Assembly: GCA_013115145.1 (NCBI GenBank)
Contig: JAAPAO010000305.1
Span: forward strand, 1 to 41,392
From: Perkinsus chesapeaki ATCC PRA-425
Lineage: Eukaryota > Protista > Perkinsozoa
Direction of reading: 5' to 3'
Length of the DNA: 41,392 nt
The stretch's first letter is position 1. Each line of letters opens with the position of its first letter. Below are positions 10,640 to 20,776 of the stretch, one piece after another. A program made the position numbers and the translations under genes. The notes below the pieces were generated by a model. The model made no database searches, was not told the origin of the DNA, and saw nothing but the letters and a program-made list of their open reading frames with translations.

Positions 10640-13600
10640 CTAATCCTGAGAGAAAAACGAGTATAGCTTGTTCCAGTTTCTCAAAAGACCCACCTCGACC
10701 GGATCGCTCGATGTTGGAGGCCAGAACTTGTACTTCTTCATGGCCTTGAAGGTCGCCTCCAAGCTGGCAGGCTGCTTCATCTGCGCCGCATTGACAATCC
10801 AAGTAGGTACAGATCCACCGACATCGACTTGGTTGTAAAATGATACCATCTTCTCACCGTCAACATCTCGGATAACATAGCCTGCATTATCGATGAAACC
10901 TCTGCAGTGATTGACTAGGAACTTGTGCTCCGGATAGTCGTTCCTGTCCACAGATCGAGTAGCGATCACTCCAAGTGTGGGGGACGGCATCTCGGTGAGG
11001 ACGGCGTAGACGAAATCGCGGCCGGCTACTCCCATTTGCTTCTCGTATGCAGCCCATGTGAGCACGAGAGATCTGCTAGGCGTCTTGAAGTAAGTCTCAA
11101 GATCTCTGCCGCTCTGGAATTGACTATCCCAAGTTTCCTTCACCGACAAGTCATTGATGAACTGCATTATCTGTTGAATGGTGTAGTCCTTACCAAAGCT
11201 CATCTTGCCGCACACCACTTGCCTCTCCGTGGAGGTTTGCGGTCTTACGAACAGCTCCACGTTACCCGACCGACCCTTCGACTTGAATGCCGGGTCCTTC
11301 TCAAAGGCCAATAATGCCTTTTGTGCCGCTAGCCCAGCGTCCATAGCCGCTTTCTCTTGTGGGGATTCTAGCTCTTGAGCTGATTCAACCTTGCCCGGCG
11401 CTGGGGTGGCTGCAAAGGGCGCCTGCGGAGCACTCGCGGATTTATCAGCGGGAGTATCCTGAAAATTAAGCTTGCGTTATGGTTAGTTGGCGGACATCTC
11501 ACCTTTTTCACTTCGGCTTTAGGAGCCTCGGCCGGTTTAGCGGTCGCTGTTGCCTTTGTTGCCGGTGGCACTGCAGGGACCGGAGTGGGCTTGAATTTGT
11601 AGTTCTTAATGGCAGCAAATGCCGATACCAAAGTCATAGGTTGTTTCATAGTAGCTTTATTAACTATCCATGTTGGAACTGAACCACGTACATCAACTTG
11701 ATTATAAAATGATACCATCAAATCGCCATTGTGAACCTTTTCGATAATATAACCAGCATTTTGAATGAATCCTCGACAAGCATCATTCGAGAATTTATGT
11801 TCGGGGTACTTTGGTAAATCAATCGATCGGCATGGCATAACAGCTTTATCTTCTGATATCTTCTCATTAACAGCAGCATAGATAAAGTCACGACCAGCAA
11901 CACCCATCTCTCCTTTATAAGATGTCCAACTTAAAGTAACTTCTTTCTTATCATCTTTTAAATAGTTTTCCAAAACTTTACCTTCAATAAGTTGATCATC
12001 CCAATTAACTTTATATGTCAAATCACCAAGGAATTCCATAACTTGTGATATAGTATATTCATGACCCCAATTCATCTTACCACATACAACTTGCATTTCG
12101 CTACCATTCTGTGGTCTAATCGATAACTCTACTGGACCGGACTTTCCTTTACTCTTAAATGATTTGTCAGTTTCAAATGCCAATAATGCCTTCTGCGCAT
12201 CAAGGCCAATCTTCATCATACGCTTCCCTTCATCACTCAAAACTGGCTCGGTCGGCGCTGCGGTGGTCTCCGCTGACTTAGCCTCAACTTCTTCAGCCGC
12301 CTGACAAACAAAGCCGCCATGAATTTTTTGCCTCTAATTTTCTTGGTCAAGTTTCGGAACTTCCCTATCAGAAGAACCTCGGTAATCAATGTTGGAAAAA
12401 CTCAGCGAAAATTTCGTCTCGCTACCATGTTCAGGTGAACCGGTGAATTTGGAACTAGCACTGTTATAACGATTATCAACCAGGAATCCTCCAGCTTCAT
12501 GAAAATATCTCCTCGGAGCTCTTACAGCATTCTCGCTGCGAGTATTAAAATAGAAGCTTGGATAGAAGATAGTTTTCCCCGTAAAAGAAGTATCCATCAA
12601 ATGCAGTCCCATTGGGAACATCTGATGTCCCTCAATACATTCTTCGAAACCGAACGAATGTATATTTCTTCTATATAAGACGCCAAAGAGATCCGAAGAT
12701 TATTAATATGACCTTGGTAAATGCAACGAAGTAATAACAAAATTTATAATAATATTATTTCTTCAAACTAGAGCAGATTTCACAACACAGCGCAAAGATT
12801 GTTGCAAAGTCTCCAACGACATGCAAGGAATTCAAACATCCGATGCAGACCTGGAAATTCCGAAACCCCCGAGACAGTATTACCTTTTTCACTTCGGCTT
12901 TAGGAGCCTCAGCCGGTTTAGCGGTCACTGTTGCCTTTGTTGCTGGTGACACTGCAGGGACCGGAGTGGGCTTGAATTTGTAGTTCTTAATGGCAGCAAA
13001 TGCCGATACCAAAGTCATAGGTTGTTTCATAGTAGCTTTATTAACTATCCATGTTGGAACTGAACCACGTACATCAACTTGATTATAAAATGATACCATC
13101 AGATCGCCATTGTGAGCCTTTTCGATAATATAACCAGCATTTTGAATGAATCCTCGACAAGCATCATTCGAGAATTTATGTTCGGGGTACTTTGGTAAAT
13201 CAATCGATCGGCATGGCATAACAGCTTTATCTTCTGATACCTTCTCATTAACAGCAGCATAGATAAAGTCACGACCAGCAACACCCATCTCTCCTTTATA
13301 AGATGTCCAACTTAAAGTAACTTCTTTCTTATCATCTTTTAAATAGTTTTCCAAAACTTTACCTTCAATAAGTTGATCATCCCAATTAACTTTATATGTC
13401 AAATCACCAAGGAATTCCATAACTTGTGATATAGTATATTCATGACCCCAATTCATCTTACCACATACAACTTGCATTTCGCTACCATTCTGTGGTCTAA
13501 TCGATAACTCTACTGGACCAGACTTTCCTTTACTCTTAAATGATTTATCAGTTTCAAATGCCAATAATGCCTTCTGCGCATCAAGGCCAATCTTCATCAT

Positions 13601-14705
13601 ACGCTTCCCTTCATCACTCAAAACTGGCGCGGTCGACTGCTCGACAACAGACTCCTGCTTCGAGGCCGGCTCTGCATTAGGCGCCTAAATACACTCGGAT
13701 GAGGTGAAAAAGATATTTCCGAAAGCCCTCACCTCCTCAACCTTCACAGGTTTCTCCACGGCGGGCTTTGATGGTTTATAAGCAGCCAATGCGTCCTGCA
13801 ACTTGGCCAACTTCGAGGGCAAAGCAGCCAGGGCCCGCTCAGCTATGAAAGAGGGGATGCTTCCGCCAAGATCAACTTGCTCAAAAAGCGATACAAAAAC
13901 GACGCCGTCGAGGGACTCGACGATGTAACCGGAATTCACAATTGTGCCGCGGACCAGAGACAAATCGTACTTGCCCTCGGGGTAGTCCACCAAGTCAAGC
14001 GAGCGACAGGAAATAACCGCTCTACTGGAGGAAAGCTTCTCAGCCATAACCGCAAACACGAAATCTCGGCCTTCCAAAACGGAGCCGAGATTGCGGGCTG
14101 CGGCCCAACAGATCGACACTGGCGGGTTGGCTTCGTTGAATTCCTCGATGACTTTCCAACCCTTGAAGCTAGAGTCCCATTTAGGGCGTGCATTGACGTC
14201 CATAAGGTACTCTACAACCTGGTCAACACTGTAGCCGAGGCCGACAGGCAACGCCGTCTTGCCAGCGATCACAGGAACACATCCGTTCGAAGATGGACGA
14301 ACAGAAATAGTGACCCCATCAACCACACCGGTCTTATGGAAAGAACTGTCTTCTTGAAAGCCGAGAAGGACCTTCTGAGAATCCTTGGCGACATCCCTCG
14401 CCGTCTGGGATAGTGGCTCACTGTAGACACGCGACGACTGTGTGGGGAGCGTCGGTACTGTGGTAGCGGGGCTCGGCGGGTGACCCACAGCAGTTGAATG
14501 GTGAGCAGTAGTAATCTGAACAACAAGTAACTGCCTAATCGACTCGGTTTAGTATTCTCCTCACCTCTTTGGGCTTTTGCTCCTTCCGAGCAGTTCCAGC
14601 TTCGGTTGGCGCTGTCGAACGAGCCGTGTGTTTCTGTCCGCTCGCTGCCGACTGGTGATTGGGCTCCGCGGTGAGCTTATCTTGCTTGGATGAAGTGCAT
14701 CCCAT
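10640..14705 (-). CDS. Putative N-acylated protein with four tandem START domains (~1,097-1,113 aa); exons 14705-14565, 14515-13733, 13684-12884, 12300-11503, 11458-10640 (optional intron 10693-10646)
   Basis: Four START ORFs joined by phase-0 GT-AG introns of 49, 48, 583 and 44 nt, with no stops across the junctions. Exon 1 starts MGCTSSKQ. Linkers are P/A/E/K-rich. The 583-nt junction is the least certain. Confidence 0.8.
11503..13630 (-). repeat. Internal duplication: START domain 2 (~12884-13630) and domain 3 (~11503-12250)
   Basis: About 750 nt near-identical, roughly ten visible substitutions and four amino-acid changes; both copies end at the same KAEVKK|GT donor. Confidence 0.92.
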
Positions 14706-15979
14706 AGTTAAAACAAATATGCAACTGCTCGAAGTCACTTTGCAAACTCGAGCTAGACACCGCACACCGACTGGGGCGCAAGATAAACCAGCGAACGCCT
14801 CGTCTGAGACAGTTAATTCGGCATCAAAAAGGAAGGCCCAAGAGCGATAATAGTAATATGGAAGTATGAAGCAACATAGCGCAATAAACACTATCTTTAG
14901 TTTCATGCTTCAACCCGACTCCCCAGCAGCAGACTACCATCCTTGTGGCGCACGCGTATTTTTGTGGCGCGCGGTCCGTCAAACTCGTGCCGGTGTGTTT
15001 TTAAGGGGCTCGAGGGACGGAAGAGAATACGGCCCATTACCCGTACCCGAACCAGTATCCCATACGAGATATATTTTATGTCTAGAAGGCTTCCTGGACT
15101 TGCGTCTCCGAGACATGCATTGCATTAGCACTATTTCACTAAGAACCTAGTAGCTTCTTAGTTAATAGGTTCAACATATAAGCACAACACAACATCCGCC
15201 GTGATTATGGTCTGTCGCAGAAGTAATACTGCAAGCCAGGCTCTACTGTATACTGGGACTTCCTGCACAGTGCAGAGTGCCAGTGCAGTGGTAAACATTT
15301 CGAGAAAATCTTACCTGTGAAGTGTTTAACGATACAACAGTATCAGGAGAGTGTGTACACAAACTTTGCGGACCATATGTAGTCTGGCTAAGCGCCGGTG
15401 ACACCAAACGCCCACTTTAGATTGCGTGTACTGTACGCATTTCCACTCCACAGCGGGCAAAATATTTATAGCACGCAACTGAGAAGACGATGGGGGACTT
15501 TCCTCGGTTACTCGCGACACGTACACTCGTAATCATAGTAAAAAGATATATTATTCATATTAATAATTATAACCGTCTAATTATTATACCAGGGTTCAGT
15601 TGCATTGATGAGTAGCATACTGTGCTAGACTTATCGAGTTATCCAAGTTGATAACTTATCTTGAGGACATCGGTTTGATTAGCTAGAGCGACGGAACTCG
15701 GTCCCAGAAGGATACTATCCCGGGAGCCAGGAACGAGACCTTAGACAACATTCTGCCATTATGAGAGTCATCAAACAGCACTACTAACACAGCTCCTTAT
15801 TTAGTATTCGAGGATAGCTTAGTGTAGAACGTGAGGAGGATAAATGCAACGATAGGCTAGCAACAACTGCAAGAGATTCGGAATTCTAAGCAATAAGGCA
15901 AAAATCTCAAGCAGATGTGGCAACTGCTGGCAGTCCGCAGCCGAATCATAAAAATAAAGCTTCCTCGAGTCAAAGTGAA

Positions 15980-16589
15980 TCAATGAAGCTTAGGCCCCCA
16001 CGTCAATGGATCGATGCATGTAGAAACATCGCCAAAGCGCAAACCCACGGGGCATGCCAGAGGACTTGGGCAACCAAGATCAGCCTGAGAGTGGGAAGAT
16101 AGTATTAAGCGCCGAAGCACTCCGTGGTTTCACCTACATCCTTGCAGTCAAGTTCGCAAAAACCGTCATGGCAGAGCGGTATAGCAGTTCCTCCTTTGGG
16201 AGGAGGACAATCGGAGTCCTTTTCACAGGATACGGTGCATACATAACCCCAGAAATCGTTGAAGGTATTCCAGCCGTAATCTGTGGGGTAGGAATGGATA
16301 GCCAGTTGCAGCCCTGGTGGGCACCGTAAATCCGGGTTTGAGGGGGCCTTGTAAGGATCTGAGAAGGATTTTCAAGATCGCGGTAGACACGTCAACTACA
16401 TAAAGACTCTGGAATCGTCGGCGTAGTTGTGCGAGGCTCCACGGTAATCATCGGCGTAGTAGTGCGAGGCTTCACGCTAGTCGTCGCAGTCGCGACCGGC
16501 TTCAATCTAGTCCTATCCTCGCTGCTTACCGGACTCAGGGAGTCGGCAAGCCACAAAAAACCCAGTATCACTTCGATGAGGAAAAGCAT
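15980..16589 (-). CDS. Secreted cysteine-rich protein A (171 aa, 10 Cys, Thr-rich stalk); exons 16589-16400, 16358-16138, 16084-15980
   Basis: Signal-like MLFLIEVILGFLWLADS; introns of 41 nt (phase 1) and 53 nt (phase 0); mature YPYKAPSNPDLRCPPG...VCTVSCEKDSDCPPPKGGTAIPLCHDGFCELDCKD|ADLGCPSPLACP...STCIDPLTWGPKLH. Exon structure is shared with paralog B. Confidence 0.85.
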
Positions 16590-18667
16590 GATAAATAATA
16601 ACAAACTACAGAGACGCGGGTGGCAAGCGGGATGTCACGCAACTGCGCCATTTCGCTCCACGGGGTTGGTGCCACCGATCCCAAGGGGCGGAGCGCGGCG
16701 AGTCCAGCAGGGTGCTGGAGGACCGTGATGATCCTGGCACAGATCCTTCCAGCACGAACGGAAAGCTTGCTCCTTCCTCTTAGCTTGAACTCATGACTCG
16801 TCGGGCGATCGTCTCGAGCCTCGTCCACAGCCCCTACTCTATAGTGCTTAAGCGCTCTTTAGACCCACTGGAATCCTTCCTGGCGAGATCTGAGATTTCT
16901 TAAAGTGCCTCTACCTTGCTGTGGTTTGACAACCTGTCGAAGTTGCTACAGTATGCTATGGCAAATATACCATCCGTCAGGTCTCAGCACTTTCTTTCTG
17001 GTGTCTGTGCAATCGGGTGCTCATAAGCCGATGCCCGTGAGGGATGAACAACCAAATTGGTTAAACCAATGGCAACGGAACAGCAGCCTCTCCATGTGAT
17101 ATTATGTCGTACTCTGGTTTTATGACTATAAAGCTTATATAACTGATCATATTCTTCCACTCGCCGTACGCGCTCGAAGCAGCGATGCAAGTTGTGGTCA
17201 GCAACTTGTCAAGGATATATCCAGCACGTCGTATTACGAGCTTTGAGCCATTTGTGGAGGCAATTGTGTGTTATTGCTTGTGATCCCCATCACTTTATCG
17301 ACAAGCCAACTTGACCTCCTGTACGGAGCTAGACGGACTCCGTCCGACGGAGCATTTTTTTGGGCGGTTAAAACCGCGAACCGCTCGGGAGTTCGGGAGA
17401 GGTGATGTGTGTTTGTGCCTAACACCACAAACACCAATCACGAGGCTGGGTGCTCTACACCGGAGCATCTGCAAAGAGCCGGAAAGGCACACGGACACCT
17501 CTTTACGAGAAAGTGGCCGCGAGCAGAGTCGGTAAGCCTACCTGCTTAGCGTCAACTGGTGTGAGAATCCAGGCTCCTCCCAGGGCGGAAGTGAGTGGGT
17601 TAAGCGAAATGGGAAGTTGTGGGGCGCAAATCAACAATGCTGACAACTGTGATCGACATGCGACGCATCTATCCAAAAACTGAAATCCCAAAAGGCACGG
17701 GAGTGTGGGTAGGGCGCACTGTACAGGCATAGCCTCTGCAGCGTGCTAGTGCCTCATCAACCACTTGGAGGGTATCGACCTGATGCCTACAGGCCGATGA
17801 CTCAAGTGATTGGTGGGGCACCTCCGTACCTAGGGTATTGATTTAGAGAAAAAAATTTGTTACTGTACTTCTTGGTTAATGGCTGACTCGTTCCTCTCCG
17901 AGAGCACTGCAGCTTAGCGGAGACAATAATCGTGTGCGTTGTGTTATTGGGACACAGGAATGGCTGGGAACACTCCCTTCGTCTATGTCATGTCACCTAC
18001 ACTCGCAGAGGTCTGCTACGTTAACACAACTACCGTCGCACTGTACAGATTCGTACGCACAATTTGTGTGATTGAACAACCTTGCGGCGTGCACACCACA
18101 TGAAGACTCCTTCGCCGTTTGCTATTTTACATTGCGCGCAACATGTTGCCCTTCACATTTCGTGAAGTGGTAAGCGGAAGTCGGTTACCGCTAGCGGTTA
18201 CCATACCACGGGTGCATCATCGATGAATCTCAAGCACATTATCACTGTTGTCGATGCCAATGTAGGGCTAGTCTTGTACTTACGAATACACTAGTAGCCA
18301 CACAACTCGACAATTACTGTTCCCGAAAAGCTGAATGGTAAAAAACGAGGTGAGCCATTGCCAAAGACCCTAGGCTATGCCGACATATATGATTTATATA
18401 CCACCATTATATGCCACCGTTAACCGTATAATAAGTAACCAAACAGATATCATAACGCAGATAAAGTATGCGCTAGTATGGTATCTACATACTCGTTTAA
18501 GTCGTAGGGTATCTAGAAACCCTTCGGAGAGGTTCTACATTCGGCGCTGGCGATAAAAAATCCCGAGGAGCTCAATTACAACTGGAAAGTACCTAGCTTT
18601 CGAAGGCAAGTTATAAAAACTGGACGTCATCATCGAATTTAATAACATTGCGAAGGCGACGGAGAAA

Positions 18668-19172
18668 TCAATGCTTCTTTGAGCCCCATGTCAACGGGTC
18701 AATGCATGTGGAAACCTCTGCCGTGCGAGAACGCAGGGGGCATGCTAAATCGTCCGGGCAAGCAAGAACACCCTGAGGAATTACAGCTGAACGGCTCAGT
18801 ATGTGGTTATTGGCTTACATTCTTGCAGTCGAGTTCGCAAAGGCCATCGAGACACAGCGGTGAAGCATTCCCTTCTTTGGGCGGGGAACAATCCGCTGCA
18901 TGTTTGCACGATTTGGTGCATGAATAACCCCAATGAACATTCCAGCCATAACGTGTTGAGGGACGGACCGCCAGCTCAAGACCTGGTGGGCAGCGCAAAT
19001 CCGGGTTAGAAGGGGCCCTATAAGGGTCTGAGGAAAGGTTTCAGAATGCTAGGTGGAGAGGTAGACTACCAATGGACGGCATTGATGTATCAGATGCAGG
19101 CTCGTTGTGCACAGGATTAATCGAGTTGGCGAGCCACAAGGAACTCATGAGCAATTCGGCGAAGAATAGCAT
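18668..19172 (-). CDS. Secreted cysteine-rich protein B (138 aa, 10 Cys); exons 19172-19070, 19027-18819, 18772-18668
   Basis: Signal-like MLFFAELLMSSLWLANS; introns of 42 and 46 nt at the same positions and phases as in paralog A; DPYRAPSNPDLRCPPG...SCTKSCKHAADCSPPKEGNASPLCLDGLCELDCKN|GVLACPDDLACP...STCIDPLTWGSKKH. Confidence 0.85.
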
Positions 19173-19619
19173 GCCGAGTTACAACCTGGTGAGGAGGCGC
19201 GGATAAGTAATGAAATACCCCGCGGGCCGCGGCGTGTCACAGGCGACGCGCCATTTGGGATCGCAGGGACGGAGCGCGGCGAGCTTCTTATGTTCCTTTA
19301 CGCACGCCAAGTCCTTGCCGACGGACCATCATACCGATTCTATGACACGCAACTGCGCCACCAGGCGGTCGAATTCTAAGCTGCCGGCTGAGCACGGCGA
19401 GTCGGCGTTTCCATGCGTGATGCTACTGTGATGCTCATCAAGTTAGAGGGAGTTTGTACTTGACTCTGATGCGACTCGCATCATGCGAGTCAACAGCACC
19501 AAGCCTCGCTATATTTGATGATCAATTCTCGCGGTTTATTATCGCGTATGTATGGAGCGGAAATAAGAGCATCATTTTTATCTTCTTTTAGTACCGCGGA
19601 ATAGAAACACTGTCAATTC

Positions 19620-20551
19620 TTCACGCGAAATATAGCAGGGTAGTAGGAATAGTATTAGGATACAGAATAAGCATACGGATAGAGATAGCACCATACATGA
19701 TGTATGATACATCAGCTACCAAAACTGAACAGGATATTGTTATATCATTCTGGGAGCGACGTCACCTTATACTTAGCATCGCCTTCTTCTGGTGGAGGGC
19801 ATTCACAGCCATGCTTTCGTTCGATGGACCATGTACGCCCGTTATCGCCCAATATAGTAACATTCCCATGATGAAAAGATCAAGATTGGTGCTCCTTGGT
19901 GCTTGGTATGGAAGTAGAAAATTTTTGTAAAAATAAGTTTGGTGATTTGCTGACAGAGCTTCACCATTTGCAACCATCAACCCTATGAAATGGCTAACGG
20001 TGATAACGAGTTTCACCGGCGGGAACAATATCACAGCTTAATGTTCACGATCAGCAGTATCATTGTCACTGATACAATAGGGAACGCGTCATGTCCCATA
20101 GAGTTTTCTCACGCAATTTCCAACCCGAGCATCGCTCTCCTATTCAGAGACTACCACTAGGAAGGCGTCATTATAGTTTGCCTTTTGACCTCCCCAAAGG
20201 TCATATGGTACGAAGCTTGAATATTGCCAATATCATGTATGTGCGACGAATGCGGGGAGCGGTCTTAACCAGGACGACATGACGTATATTTGAAATTGGG
20301 TCGCCGCATGAATCGCATCGTTTCACCGTGGCCCTCACGCGGTTTAGGGCAGCCCGAGTTGCGCTTGCAGTAAAGATCACACCTATCGTACTGAAGAAAA
20401 TGGCGTTTGGCAGAGCTCCGAAGGTATTGCCGCATCGACAGCCTTTTTCCTGCTCTGGAGTTGTTATTAACAGCTCTATCAGAACTCTACACGTATACCG
20501 CTGAAAGCCAAGCGATGTAACACGCCAAGCTGGCCAGAACAATAGCGGCAT
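19620..20551 (-). other. Possible fragmented or spliced membrane-protein gene, unresolved
   Basis: Successive hydrophobic peptide fragments on - (ORFs 20201-20551 and 19762-20034, plus shorter pieces). I could not build a consistent splice path. Confidence 0.2.
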
Positions 20552-20776
20552 ATTGTACTCACTTGCCGTGAGCTCGTGGCTGCTGAAGCAGCATGTGAAC
20601 CAAAAGATTTATGGAAAACTCATCAAATGGATCATGGGACGCCTTTTGTAAGTAATGGTTAATACCGTTAATGTCCAATGGCGTTCAGAGGAGGTCGGTT
20701 TTATCAAAAAACAAACCTGTGGGCTCCAGGGTTGGTGCAAAATTGAATAGATTATAATATCACCGCATTGATGGTA

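Noticed and set aside
13877-14413. 178-aa plus ORF and similar shadows (10925-11314, 7870-8088, 21000-21488, 28911-29324, 37232-37810)
   Set aside because: All lie antisense to well-supported or probable minus-strand exons and have no motifs.
19697-19930. TM9SF-like WWRAF motif on +
   Set aside because: Isolated pentapeptide; surrounding sequence lacks nonaspanin features.
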